Assembly (NCBI GenBank): GCA_002269645.1
Contig: NIVC01000075.1
Location: 195,760 to 259,759, forward strand
Length of the DNA stretch: 64,000 bases
Source: Macrostomum lignano
Lineage: Eukaryota
Reading direction: 5' to 3'
Shown: piece by piece, positions 30,801 to 44,596 of the stretch
Numbering within the stretch: the first letter of the stretch is position 1
How the letters are laid out: every line of letters begins with the position of its first letter
Program-made: the position numbers and the translations under genes
The notes under the pieces: model-generated
Databases searched by the model: none
Seen by the model: the letters and a program-made list of their open reading frames with translations, nothing else
Told to the model about the DNA's origin: nothing

Positions 30801-33800
30801 CTGACCAATGCATGCCCCAATGGCTGCATCTGTCATTTGGGTGCTGATATCATTTCTGAAAAAAGTGATATTTAAAAGGCCTGCCTGTATACCGCTATGA
30901 ATTTTTCCAGCCAAATTTCTCTATTCTTTTCAAATTAGCATGTCAAAGAGTGTATGCTTTACAAATGTGACAGCTTAATATGTGGAAAAATTAATGTTTA
31001 TTAAATAGATAGTGTCATTAGAAGAAGTAAACTACTTATCAATGATACCAATGACCAATGAACAATACCAATAGATAGATGTTGATTTTTTTGCTGTCCT
31101 AGACGAGAAGGGGTGGTTGTCTATTTTATCGCCCTTACATGAGATGGCAGTAAGTATTGCATTGGCTAGCTAATTTTAAATATAATTATAAGAGCATTAT
31201 GTATGAATACGAGCGTAGATACGAGCGTATAGTAGATGTTGATCTAAGGGGATAGGCTATATTTTTGTCCTAAAAGCCCCGTAACGACAACTACTTCCGT
31301 AAGTGTCCTCCGCTCTCACAAACATCTATTGGATGTTGGGCACTAAAGTACTTGGCGGGCCAGGGACCAGGGACTTGCACCCAGCATTTGTGCGAGCGTA
31401 GTTTTGGCACTCAAGTTGAACACCCATTTGTGGCTTAGTACCTAGAATAGCTTATTTAAACTTAAATTAGATTATATAAGTGGGTTAAATTACACCCTGA
31501 CATAGTGCATAATATAACATGATGATTTAGCTTGCATCTTGTCGGCAAAATAAATTTTAGCCACGAACTGAAGGCCATTTTTGGAACCAACTACCTGCTC
31601 TTCAAGAACACAAACAAGGCCATGGAGTCCGCCAAGTCGCTAAACAATAAAGTTTGCCCGAAGCCAGCCTGCAAAAGCTCGGGTCGGACTGTGAAGCGTG
31701 AAACTTGCTTTGGAAAGTCGCAGCACGTATTAACGGTAAACGACAGTGCTTTCACTTCATCTGGCATGGAAGTCTGCAGACAGCAGATTGCTCGATCATT
31801 TCAGTCTTGCGGTGAGTTCGCCCTTACTTCAGTCTTGCATTTGCTGATTTCTTTCTCTCTGAGGGCTCAATTTTTACTCAAACGCAAAGACTTCTTGGGC
31901 CTTAGGGTTGGAAAAAATGAAAAGTTTTCTGATTTGCATAAAATTCCCAGTATACTTGTACGAGCGTAAATTGCAAATATGAGTAGTTTAACATGTACTT
32001 GAAGTAGAAAGTAAACCAGCACACGAGGCACTACTAATAAAGGCGGACCATTAACTGTCTTGTCATTTAGTTGGTCTATTAGTTAATTTATTGCGGTTCA
32101 CGTATATTACAGTGCAATTTTGAAGACGCGTTTGCCCACAAAAGTACTTCTTGTGGTGATACGAGCTATTGTCAACAGATTTTTATGGAAAGAATGACTG
32201 GATAGGCAAGGACCCTAGAGGCAAGGATGAGGCCAGAACAGAGTGCCCCTAAGCCGAGGTATCATCTAGGCCTGGAAGTGACTCTGGCCCAATATCGTTT
32301 GATCAACTAGATTGTCCGAGTTAACTGTGAAACTATGTGAACGAAATTCCGGGTCGGGACAGCTTTAAAAACTGGACACTGCTTCGTAACAGCCGCTTGC
32401 TCTTTTGATGCAACGAAGTATAAACAGCTATTTTTAGGTACTGTTTGCACCAAAGTGTCCTGTGACAGCGTTGGCGCGGTAGGTGAAAACCCGCTAAAGA
32501 GTTGCGAGATAGAGGTGCTGAAGGCCGAGCTCCGTGTGCCTTGTGTACTCTCTTCCCGGATCGTACCCGCTGAGCACGCTGCGTGGTTGTAACATCAGAA
32601 TGTCATCTATCCACTGAATCAGCTACAAATAAGCACGTTTACTGTTCCGACTGGCTGAACGCGCGAGAATCTCTTCCCGAGCGCTGTACCGAAACTTATG
32701 GCCTAATGGCCTTGGTGGGCGACAGCCCTTGTCTAGGTTCACCCTCTCCCGACTTTCCACTTTGGCGCTCTCCTGGCCCTCCAGTTTGGCCCTTGCCTAG
32801 GTTCACCATCTCCCGACTTTCCACTTTGGCGCTCTCCTGGCCCTCCAGTTTGGCCCTTGCCTAGGTTCACCATCTCCCGACTTTCCACTTTGGCGCTCTC
32901 CTGGCCCTCCAGTTTGGCCCTTGCCTAGGTTCACCATCTCCCGACTTTCCACTTTGGCGCTCTCCTGGCCCTCCAGTTTGGCCCTTGCCTAGGTTCACCA
33001 TCTCCCGACTTTCCACTTTGGCGCTCTCCTGGCCCTCCAGTTTGGCCCTTGCCTAGGTTCACCATCTCCCGACTTTCCACTTTGGCGCTCTCCTGGCCCT
33101 CCAGTTTGGCCCTTGCCTAGGTTCACCATCTCCCGACTTTTTACGATCGATTACAACTTTTACTGTCCGCCTGTTGTAAACTTTATCTCTGTAATAACTC
33201 ACGCGGACTCCACTGGTTGAGTAAGTTAGAACTTCTCGAGAAAAACTTGAGCGACTGCTAGTTAGCGCACGCGTATATATATTTAATAGGCACGACGTAC
33301 ATTAGTACACACGATACACGTACACGCGAGGAAGAACAATTAATGATGTGCATATACGAGCTACTTAAGCAAAGTCAACGTTCCCACGCAACCCTACACC
33401 CTCAAGCAACCTCAGATCAGTCCAGTGGCACTTTGTTACAATCTTAAGTGTTAGTTTATTCTTAGTCACGAGCTAATTTGTCCCACTAGCAATTGGACAC
33501 CTGTGGTCTGATGAAACTCAATTTAAAGAAGCACTGGTTAAAATTTTACGGTAACGTGCTTATTTTGCGTAGCTGCTATTTAGAAGCTCTTAACAGTCGA
33601 CCACTAGTTATAAATCACTAGTAAAACATTGCTTTTCAAGGTGGGATGAGAGAAGAAAGCTACGGGGTCAGGTCAGTCTAGAACAGAAAGCAGCATGCAT
33701 GTGTTTTTTTTACCTCGGGATAAAACATAGAACTCGAGCGTACAGTAGTGTAGTAATGAGTTGAAACTCATTTGGCCCTAAACTACGGCGAGATGTAGCG

Positions 33801-36800
33801 AATGTAAAGTTTACAGCGTTAGGCTGATGTCCTAGCGAATATTCTTGATCTGCGAATAATCCCGAGAAACACGTTGCTATGATATGCAACACCTGATATT
33901 ACTTGCTAACTCTTTAAATTGCACTACGCTCGTAATGCTTCCAGTAAGCTCACAACGAAATTCATTCTTCACTAAGACTGCTCCAAAACCAGGTAAAAAC
34001 ATTATCTAAACATTTGCCGTTTCCAGTCGAGAAGCAGTCCTGCAGCAAGATAGAGCGTACAGTACAGTACTAGCGTACAGTACTTTTAAAACACCACAGC
34101 GCCCTGTGACAGCCCACACAGTACCGCTGCCCTCACGGTGCCCCTAAATTCACGCCCCCACCCTAATCTTGCGGTGTTCCCACCCACACAGCGCACCTAC
34201 CACAACTATACATACCAAACCACTAATTGCATATCTACTTTCACTTTCATCTATTTACAATCATTGATGTTCAAATAAAGTCATATATATAATCAATTTA
34301 TATACAATAAGGCAACACTGGAGTAAAGTACACCAGCAAACACTTGCAGCCGAGAAACATTCCTGCTACAAGATGGAGCGAAGCATTGGCTCATGCCAAG
34401 CTGACGGCAATTCGGAAATCGTTGAGACGCTGCAGTTTCTCGACCGAAAGAAACAGTCGTGCGTGACATATGAGGAGAAGCACAAAGTGAATTGCTGTAA
34501 GTTTCCTGTTCTTCCAATTAATGCCAGTCAGTCAGCCAGTCAGTCACTCATTCGTCAATTAGCCAGTCAGTCAGTCAGTCAGTCAGTCAGTCAGTCAGTC
34601 AGTCAGTCAGTCAGTCAGTCAGTCAGTCAGTCAGTCAGTCAGTCAGTCAGTCAGTCAGTCAGTCAGTCAGCCACTCACTCACTCAAGTCAGTCAGTCAGT
34701 CAGTCAGTCAGTCAGTCAGTCAGTCAGTCAGTCAGTCAGTCAGTCAGTCAGTCAGTCAGTCAGTCAGTCAGTCAGTCAGTCAGTCAGTCAGTCAGTCAGT
34801 CAGTCAGTCAGTCAGTCAGTCAGTCAGTCAGTCAGTCAGTCAGTCAGTCAGTCAGTCAGTCAGTCAGTCAGTCAGTCAGTCAGTCAGTCAGTCAGTCAGT
34901 CAGTCAGTCAGCCACTCACTCACTCAAGTCAGTCAGTCAGTCAGTCAGTCAGTCAGTCAGTCAGTCAGTCAGTCAGTCAGTCAGTCAGTCAGTCAGTCAG
35001 TCAGTCAGTCAGTCAGTCAGTCAGTCAGTCAGTCAGTCAGTCAGTCAGTCAGTCAGTCAGTCAGTCAGTCAGTCAGTCAGTCAGTCAGTCAGTCTGCAAG
35101 GATGTCTATTTTCCAGTCAGAGCAAGCGAGTGCAAAGATCAAGTCGCAGATGTGGTGATAATGCTGGATAAATCTGGTAGCATTCGTAGTCACTACAGCA
35201 CTGTTGTGGACTCAGCGAAGGCAATAATCCTGTCGCTAAACATTGGAGAGAGAAATGTTCGGATTGGCGTGCTATCCTTCAATGGCTATTCGTCTTACTC
35301 AGGATCAAAACTGCATGTGAGGGATCTGCTAGAAATGCTTGTAAACCTTGGCGATGAGTTCGACGTCTTCGAAATTATAAGAAAGGTTGACGAAAGCAAG
35401 ACTTTAGATGAGTATGAGTTTCGGGGCACGAACACTGGTTCCGCCCTCAAAGAAGTCAAGAAGCTTTTCAACTCAAAAGGCCGAAGAAACGTTTTCAAAG
35501 CCGTCGTTATCATCACGGATGGTAGGAGCAACGACGCCAAAGAACTGTTTCAAGCAGTGTCGGATATAAAAAACGACGATGTCACGCTGTATGCGGTAGG
35601 AGTCGGCGACCCGTACGACTTAGATTTGTGAGCCTCTTTGTTAAGATCTAATTTTTAGTTTGTTCTTTAAATTAGATAGAAGATATTAGCACCAATGGTT
35701 GGCTGAAAAGTATACAAATCATATACATGTAAAAATATTAAATACCACGGTGTCACTCTTTATGGCACAGTAGTCGACAGCCAATTTGACGTGAACCAGC
35801 GAGCCACTTTATATGTCTTATTTCTATACTGCTTTAAAATGCGTATGAAAAGTTTAAAGCAGTATGAAGTGAGTTATTATTTCACACCAAGGACACCTGT
35901 TTGTAGTGGACTTATAAATATATAAGACAACTCTCCTTTGCTCCAATGAAGGGGTAAATTTAGCACTGAACTAGAAATCTGCGCCCCACATTAATTTTTA
36001 AAGCCTTCAATCATTAAGTTATTAAGACAACTGTCCAGACTAAGATATCAGATCCCCTATGAGCTTTGGCTCAAAGCATCTGTGAAACCCCCATGAGCCA
36101 AAGGATTTAAGCCACTCCCCAATGAGCTTTGGCATTTCAGCGATCTTCTCACGAACCAAGACAATTAGGGGGCTAGCTTTCCGGGGGGGGGGGGTTCGAG
36201 GGGGGTTTAGGATATCAGCAATCCTTCCATGAGCCTCAGCATGTAAACAATTCCCCTAAGCCGCAGAGTTCAAGCGATTTCCTTCAAGAGCCTATGAGTA
36301 TCTATGATTATAGAGCGATACCTCTATAAACATTTAATGATTAGCAGGGTGATTCTCTTAAGGTTGAACCCTAACCCTGAGCCTAATACCCCTATCCTAA
36401 GCACTAACTCTAAACCTGCTGAAAGTCACAGCAGTTTAGTCATTCTTCCAGGAGCCAAAAAAGTTCAGCAATCAGCACGTTAAGTTTTGGTATGTCAGCG
36501 ATTCTCTATGAGACTAAAGACTCAGAATTTCACATATCCCACCTCTATGAGCCCTGACTATTCAGTGTTGTGTACTTGTACTTTGTACTTCTTTGTTTAT
36601 GGCCCTCCCCGTGCGCCTTTGATTTATTTTATAAATGCGATAAGTGTGCCGTGCTCATAGCAACTACACAACATCCTGCAACTACAGTGACGAGCTGAAG
36701 ATGATCACCTCGCCAGAGTCCGACAGAAACCTCTTCATTTTCAACAAATTTGATCAGCTAAGGCATTGGGCTTTAAATTTCTCAGCTCGGCTTTGCATGG

Positions 36801-37822
36801 AGTTGAGGCCGCCAAATCCGAAGTTGTGCGAAGCTGATGTTCAGATCAAGTCCATCTCGCCGTGTCTGTCTGAAAAAATGCAAACCACAACTGTAAACTT
36901 CAAGTACGACACCGTTAAAAAGTGCATCAAGCATCTTAAAAACGAAATAAGTAATGGTTGCAGTAAGTTGCATTTTCTCATTTTTATATATTTCATGTGT
37001 ATTGTGATGCTCTTTAATACCAATAATGCAGATATACTAGTATACTACGTGCAATTTTCCTGAAAGCTTGAGACTTGAGAGTTGCTCAAGAGTTGCCCAA
37101 GAATTTCACGGTTTAATCAAAAGTTTTTTCATCGTTTGCTTTTAAGTCCCAAAGAAAGACTCTCGATGAAAAGACACCGTAGCCTCAAACGCCAGCCGTC
37201 ATAGGACTGCTGGAGAATAATACTCAAATATTCAGTGCACCATGCTCAGTTGAGCTTACAAAATGCACTTAATGCGAACCAAACTTTTAGAGGCCATTTG
37301 TGTCGACCCGATTGACGGCAGCGACCACCTGGAAGGCGAGTCTTGGACCAACATGTGCCACGACTTCCGCTGCGATTCGAGCGGCAATACAATCCTGCCA
37401 ACCTCAGTTAAGAGTAAGTTTCTGAGCACAGCTCTTCGTCCCTTCCAGCGCCGCTCCAAGTCACCTCAGTCACTGCATGTCTGCCAGCCCTCCCTCAGTC
37501 ACTGCATGCCTGCCAGCCCTCCCTCAGTCACTGCATGTCTGCCAGCCCTCCCTCAGTCACTGCGTGTCTGCCAGCCCTCCCTCAGTCACTGCATGTCTGC
37601 TAGCCAACCCTCAGTCACTGCACCCGGCCAGCTCCGCGACAATCCAGTTGCTAGGCCGTCCACCACTCGCCCATTCCAGAATGCGTTGCTGCCGACTTCA
37701 GCTGCAAGCCGATTGGCGCGGCGCCGTTTCGCTGCAGAAACATCGACGGCGAGGAGAGAGAAAACTGCCAGTGCATCGACAAGGACGGCGAGGCCATGCT
37801 GGTGGTCGACAACCCCAACTGA
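27825..37822 (+). CDS. g3: secreted double-vWA Cys-rich protein, ~671 aa; exons 27825-28390, 31561-31811, 34350-34496, 35117-35627, 36688-36962, 37291-37413, 37680-37822
   Basis: Exons sum to 2016 nt and the frame is open. vWA2 reads DKSGS..TNTG..ITDG. g1-like at the 5' end, g0/g2-like at the 3' end. Confidence 0.87.
28696..29251. mobile_element. Foldback/MITE-like element (duplicate of 7196-7751)
   Basis: Same inverted arms, offset 21500. Confidence 0.6.
30071..30230. mobile_element. hAT-type MITE (duplicate of 8571-8730)
   Basis: Same TIRs and AAAGAAAA TSD. Confidence 0.85.
32725..33140. repeat. 64-bp tandem repeat, ~6.5 units, intron 2 of g3
   Basis: One unit more than in g1. Confidence 0.95.
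34525..35094. repeat. (CAGT)n microsatellite, intron 3 of g3
   Basis: Direct reading. Confidence 0.98.
37465..37622. repeat. 29-bp minisatellite, only ~5 units, intron 6 of g3
   Basis: Direct reading. Confidence 0.95.
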
Positions 37823-38418
37823 CAGGCAGACAGTCAGCTGATTGGTATCGCGGCCCTCGAATCAAGCTGGAATAATCGGTGGCTTGCTGTGTGAAAGAAC
37901 TAGTCCGTTAATAACAGTCGAAGTTACTTGTTGATCTGATGTTTGTATACTTATGAGCAGCCCCTGATGCGTCTCATCACACCTTTATAAAATTTATTAG
38001 TCTGTGTTTTGTGTTGGCTTTATTATTAATCGCCAATTAATTCTGCTTCTCATCTACACCGAATCGATGCGTCTCAAAACTCAAGCAATCGAACCTCTGT
38101 TATTAACTTAGCCTGAATGCTGTGCGCCTGATGCGACTACAAATCGAATTACAAATGTATCTAAGCTTGAGAAAAAACCGGACCGATTAAATGGAAAGCT
38201 TTGCACAATACCGAAATGTTATTTATATATTAGTGCTTGTTACTTTGCATCAGCTGTAAACTATGGTATCGAAAGTTTAACTACAAAACCACATTGAGAC
38301 TTTTAGAATTCAGAATTTTAGTGCAATGGGTAAGTCAAAACTTGAGTTATCTCTTGCTTTGTTTGTCTTTGGCAAAAGCTACTTTCAGTGTTACTGAAAC
38401 GCGTCTATGGAGGATTCT

Positions 38419-39015
38419 CTATGCCGCGAGTTCTCGGAGGGCGTCGACGAACTGGCTGACTGGCTCACCTGGCATCTGGGAACGCGACTTGAGCTTGTAG
38501 CGGTTGCTGATTGTGCTGTGCGACTGACCGAAGATCGTTGTCAGTGCAGCCACCAGCTTGTCAAACGTATCAACGCTCGTCGTGGCAGATTCCTCAGCGC
38601 GTAGACTCTCTGGCCTTCCTCGCCTAGCAGATGAACGAGAATCGCCTTCTTGCGTGCATCCGATGCTTTCTTTAGGTCCAAGGCCTCCAGGTAGATCTTG
38701 AATCCTTCGATCCAACGATTCTAAGGCGTGTGTAGCTGTCCTGGGTGGGCGAGAAACACGCGTGGCTCGGAAATGCTCAGACTCGTCGCCATGTTGTACC
38801 TTGAGGCAGCATGGCTAAATGAATAAGATGCGAGAAGCGATTTCAAAGCCAAAGTTCAAAGTCACAAAGCCTTGAAAAGCCGGTGCGCACTTATATTGTA
38901 ATTAAAAGCATGATTCAGCAAACACCAAACCCCCCACCCGGCCGAGGCCGGTCTGGGCAGACGGACACCCCCAGCCAATCTGAACGCGAGCACTCCAACC
39001 GGCGTAAGCCGCATA
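38419..39015 (-). mobile_element. Ty3/gypsy LTR-gag relic, copy 3 (LTR 38792-39015; its last 7 bp are at 40926-40932)
   Basis: PBS at 38791-38782. After removing the P element the LTR reads TGTTGTG...TACAACA (~231 bp). Confidence 0.8.
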
Positions 39016-40917
39016 CAAGGACTACTTAACAACTTAGGACGCTACACTCGCAAATGGTAGAAATTCTAGAAAAGGCCGCTTGATTTGGCTGTCTATGGTT
39101 TTTTAATAAGCCTTTTGGATAAAGAAGCAAGTACTAAGTGATAGATACGAGTAATTATAAAAGTTTTGCGCTATAATAATTATTTTTACAGTTATACAAA
39201 CAATAAATATATGCAAATATTCCCAGCATAAGAATTGTAAATGACAATTGAAAAGTACGATATGCAACGAACCGGAAAACTCCGGACATAACTGTATAAG
39301 GAAAACATAGACGGCTATAACAAAGTTTGAAAATATACAGGTGTTTGAAAGAAACATTCAGCTAGGCTTCAGTTTGCGGAGTCAGCGAGAGCAAACGGTG
39401 GTTGATTGTCTGGACGTCTCGGAATCTCTGCGCACCATGCATTTATAGATGGAGTTGGCCAGTCTTCGAGACACTCCACGCAGCAGATCTCGGTCCAGTT
39501 GAACATCAAAAAAATTTCGAAGATTTTCTCAAATACAAGCACGGAACTGCTAACACAACGCTGCCCAGAACCAAGAGAATGGGCATAACAGAAGCAGGCA
39601 AAGACAACTAACCATTCAGGCGGATGGCTCAGTTTCCCTCGAGATACAAGCGTAGTGAACTCACTACAAGCAGTGGAAGTATCCAGACCAGGCAAACTTG
39701 TTGCAATTGTTCGGTCAGGCAAATTTTCTTTGTGGGAAACGTAGCCACAAATGTAGTAAAGAGAGGCTTTCTTCGGTAGAAATTCGAGCAACGGATAAAC
39801 TTAGCTCGTCAAAACTGACAGTCTCTTCATCGGTGACATCATGCTGACAACATGCTGATGGCGAGTGATCTGGTGGCGAAGCGTGAAGTTGCGCATAGAG
39901 CTGTATGCGGCGGAGGCGAGCACTAGCCATAATCTGATCCACTGATATGTAATAGCAGCCTCCATGACCTTGACGATAAATTTTTACAAGCACATCGCGC
40001 CGATACGCCAAGACTGTGAAGTCGCTCTTAACTCGAACGGAGGACTTAACAGTGCGCTCATGAATGAGCAAAAAATCGACTCGCAAATCCTGACATTTGA
40101 ACAATCCAGCCTCCGGAGGTAACAAAATTCAGGCTTAAAGCTGACATAATGAATAGTGCCCACGAGACAACTCTGTCGACAGCATTGAAGGCAGTCAATT
40201 CATCAGGGGCCCTAGCTCTGTCGACTAACAGCACACCTCGCCGACCAGCATCTCTAGAGCGTCCTAAAATATTTGAAACAGGCTGATACAACTTAGTAAG
40301 TTAACTAAGTACACAACCATTCATACTTACTTGAGACAGTCTGACGCAGGGAAGTCAATGAAAAATCTTTAAAGATTGCGGGTGGGTCGATGGGGCGCGC
40401 GTGTATGGCGGTTAATTCGTTTCAGTGGTGCATTTTCAGGCCAGTGATTTTTGCAAACTCCCATGTAGATGCTAGCCTTCCACAGATAGAATGAAATGAT
40501 CATCACAATTCAGTTAATATAAGTATCTTTATAGTAGAAACGAAAAATTAGGTTCAAAAGGCTACATAAATTACCTTAGCTTGCACAGGCAACGCATTGA
40601 GCCATGCCTCAGCTTCAGCTTCTTCCTTTGGAAAGCCAAAAACAGTGCATTTTTCACCGCTCTTATAATTGCTTCTGCATCCAGGGATGCAGCAATTCAT
40701 TGGCATTTTGATGAAAAAGAGTGTTGCTATTTATCAAGATTTTAGACGAAACAAATTATTGCTACAAACCAGCAGTGCTGGCCTGAACCAGCATTGAGAA
40801 TATGAAAGAATGTTAGTGAAAAGGCTTCATTGCCATAGACATAGCTAAAGCAAGCGGCCTTTTCTAGAATTTCTACCATTCGCGAGTGTAGCGTCCTGAG
40901 TTGTTAAGTAGTCCTTG
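39016..40917 (-). mobile_element. Complete non-autonomous P-superfamily DNA transposon (1.9 kb)
   Basis: ~83-bp imperfect TIRs starting CAAGGACTACTTAACAAC; 8-bp TSD GCCGCATA (39008-39015, 40918-40925). Degenerate THAP9/P-like transposase C-terminal fragments (YYICGYVSHK, SRGKLSHP, RQGHGG). Confidence 0.82.
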
Positions 40918-42040
40918 GCCGCATACACAACAGAATTTATGTAAAAAAGGAAATAATTTTAAACAATTGCATTTTTTTGTTTCTCACTAAAATTTTGTCT
41001 AAAATATGAACTTGCGTCACTTGATTATGGAATGTTCTAATTATCTGATTGGAGGAATCTAGCACGCTGACGAGTGCGTCAATGGCTGAAACACGAGTGC
41101 GCGTAGCGCACGAGGGTTTTTGCCATAGACGCACAAGTCAAAGTGCTTGGTTCCCATTCTTATTTGATCCAACATGTGTGGCTAAAGTAGACAAGGGTGG
41201 AGCTGGGGGTGTGGAGTAGACTTGAACCATAGAAAAAATATGCGCGAGCTAGTCTGAACATTCTTGCACGATGGAAAGAAGATTATGCTTGTAGTCTATG
41301 GCTGTTATGCTAAATATAGAAACATTGCGCATTACATTCTTGCACGATTGACATTCCTGCACGGAGTGCACATGTAAATTCAAGGTGCTTTTACCATAGA
41401 AACTTGCATTTCTGCACGCATATGGCGACTTCCAAAGCATTCTTGCACGCTGGATCAAATAAGAATATTCGCTTTAGTATTGAACGATCGTGACGAGTTG
41501 AACGATCAAATAGCAGCTTTAAATAGCACGAGTCCCGCTGCACAAGGTTGAAATATACCTTTTCAAGCTCGACTTTGGCAAAAGTGACTTCAATTTTGGT
41601 AGTCCAGAGAAAAAGCATATGCCTGCCAGCAACATGTCTATGGTCAACTGTGGTAGAATCGGTTAAAGCGTGCATTCAACTTTGGCAAAAGTCAGCTGCC
41701 CAGACTCGTTCCAATCTGAAAGCCTTTTCCGTAGACTCGGGGCCCTGGTTGCCTTGTTATAGGTAAAAACAATGCCTGGGTTATTCTCGGGGTCCCGCTC
41801 TCGGCGAGAAGCGGAACTTTCCGATTTTTTTTTCTAATTCTCTCTTTTTTGCGCGCACACTCGGGTTGTGCCGTTGGGGTGGTGGCCTGGGGGAAGTCTT
41901 AGAAGCAAGAACAACTTAAGTAGAAGGATGCAACACTCAAAGTCTATGGCAATTTTTGAAGACAAATTTTTGCCGAAAAATACAATACGGAGATAGGAAG
42001 TTTTCATTTTTCAGCACAAAAATTGCTATTGTACCCTTTT

Positions 42041-43333
42041 GTCTATGGTTTCCGGCATTCATACTTGCGGTAACAATTTAATTGTTTGTCGGCTTTTTTC
42101 GATTGTTGCCGGATTTCAGACGAATGTATTTGGCTATCAAAACAAGGAACAACAATAGCAACACGGCGAAAGTGTTTCATGGTCACAAAAAGTTCTTAAG
42201 AACAAACCAATCGAATCAATTGTTTTACTTTCCGTAAAAGTTGAATGTGCAGTTGTGGAACTGACCACCACAGAGGCTTCTCGGCAGGTCTTGGCCACCC
42301 TCGGGTGCTTTCATCAGCTCGCCTCTATCAGACCCAGTTGTCACACTTTCGATGGTGGATTCCGCATCGTCGTCAATCTTGGTGACTTTGGACCCATAGG
42401 CAGCCAGACAAGCGCTCATTCGGGCCACACAGTCCATGTCTCGCCGCTTGTATACATCCACTGAGCTCGAATTCTTGTGTCCCGTCATTAGTGTAATCGC
42501 TTGATTATCGAAACCGGCCTTGGCCAAACAGTTCACCTAAGTTTCAGCAGTTGGGTAAGACAGTATTCTTACAGTTTTACTGAAGTGAGTAGGCCATGCA
42601 ATCTTTACTCACCGTGGTTACCGTTGAGGAACTGTCGGAACCTTGCCACGTGAAGCTTCCGTTGCGTCTCGGTCGATTTCGGCACTGAGTCACTCTCAAG
42701 TCGGTCCAACATTTCCAGATCTTCGCTACCTAGCTCAGGCAGCCCGTTGGAACTGGACGACGCATCCAGGTTGTCCATCTCCAGAACGTAGCGCGTGCTC
42801 GACTCTCTGGTGACAAAAGCCAACTCGTCCGTGGAGAGTCCACATATTTCTCCGCCAGGAATGTTTGCGTAGCGAATCATAGCTACTTTTCCTATTTGCA
42901 CTCCGAATAGGAGAATTAATTCAAGCTCAAAATCAACTTGAGAATTAACTCATGGCAGCCAGGCTAGCTGTCTTCACTGTCCTTTAAATTTGCCATAAAC
43001 GATTAATTATCTCTACAACCCTTTCATTTAGAGAGCAACTAAATTTGCCATAGACGATTGATTATCTCTACAACCCTTTCAAAGCGCATTCCGGCAACAA
43101 TCGCATTTCATACTCAGCATCCGCACTATGTCTGGGCCATAGACAAGGGAAGTCAAAAGGGTACAATAATGACATGTACCGATTTTTTTCGGCAGCAATT
43201 GCTCTACTAAGCTTCAGCCGCTACGCGGCTTCAGCTTACGCAATTGCTGCCGAAAAAAATCGGTATATATCGTTACATTGTAACACGATTGATTGCAATG
43301 TCGAAAAGTTTGCATTAATCCTATAGTCTATGG
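42041..43333 (-). mobile_element. Crypton-like (tyrosine recombinase) element with internal deletion, copy 1
   Basis: N-terminal piece LDRLESDSVPKSTETQRKLHVARFRQFL (42605-42901) and C-terminal piece AGFDNQAITLMTGHKNSSSVDVY..GGQFHNCTFNFY (42225-42536). The TGH-x-x-x-x-S-x-x-x-Y catalytic tail is kept and the R..HxxR core is missing. GTCTATGG occurs at both chosen ends; boundaries are approximate. Confidence 0.65.
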
Positions 43334-43630
43334 GCACTCCCCATCTCGCGCCAACCAAAAAGCGTACATTAAATTATTAAAGCGGTCATTAAATTTATTA
43401 TCATTTATTAACGATGCCGCAGTATTTCGCAGAAACGGAATATACAATACTTCGAATAGAAGAAACAACAGAACAAACTGTTAATAATTAATGCTCAAAC
43501 GAATGCTATAATACTTTATTTGTCTAAACGTCAATTGTCTACTTACTTTCCTATGTTTCTTCGCGCACTCGTGACCTAGATATTTAAGCACTCAAAACCA
43601 AGTATATTGAATCCTATATTGTTCCCTTTT

Positions 43631-44596
43631 GTCTATGGTTTCCGGCATTCATACTTGCGGTAACAATTTAATTGTTTGTCGGCTTTTTTCGATTGTTGCC
43701 GGATTTCAGACGAATGTATTTGGCTATCAAAACAAGGAACAACAATAGCAACACGGCGAAAGTGTTTCATAGTCACAAAAAGTTCTTAAGAACAAACCGA
43801 TCGAATCAATTGTTTTACTTTCCGTAAAAGTTGAATGTGCAGTTGTGGAACTGACCACCACAGAGGCTTCTCGGCAGGTCTTGGCCGCCCTCGGGTGCTT
43901 TCATCAGCTCGCCTCTATCAGACCCAGTTGTCACACTTTCGATGGTGGATTCCGCATCGTCGTCAATCTTGGTGACTTTGGACCCACGTGAAGCTTCCGT
44001 TGCGTCTCGGTCGATTTCGGCACTGAGTCACTCTCAAGTCGGTCCAACATTTCCAGATCTTCGCTACCTAGCTCAGGCAGCCCGTTGGAACTGGACGACG
44101 CATCCAGGTTGTCCATCTCCAGAACGTAGCGCGTGCTCGACTCTCGGGTGACAAAAGCCAACTCGTCCGTGGAGAGTCCACATATTTCTCCGCCAGGAAT
44201 GTTTGCGTAGCGAATCATAGCTACTTTTCCTATTTGCACTCCGAATAGGAGAATTAATTCAAGCTCAAAATCAACTTGAGAATTAACTCATGGCAGCCAG
44301 GCTAGCTGTCTTCACTGTCCTTTAAATTTGCCATAAACGATTAATTATCTCTACAACCCTTTCATTTAGAGAGCAACTAAATTTGCCATAGACGATTGAT
44401 TATCTCTACAACCCTTTCAAAGCGCATTCCGGCAACAATCGCATTTCATACTCAGCATCCGCACTATGTCTGGGCCATAGACAAGGGAAGTCAAAAGGGT
44501 ACAATAATGACATGTACCGATTTTTTTCGGCTACGCGGCTTCAGCTTACGCAATTGCTGCCGAAAAAAATCGGTATATATCGTTACATTGTTACAC
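43631..44596 (-). mobile_element. Crypton-like element copy 2, with a further ~250-bp deletion
   Basis: Near-identical to 42041-43285. The junction GGGACCCA|CGTGAAGC removes ~42397-42648 of copy 1 at a CCA microhomology. Confidence 0.65.
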
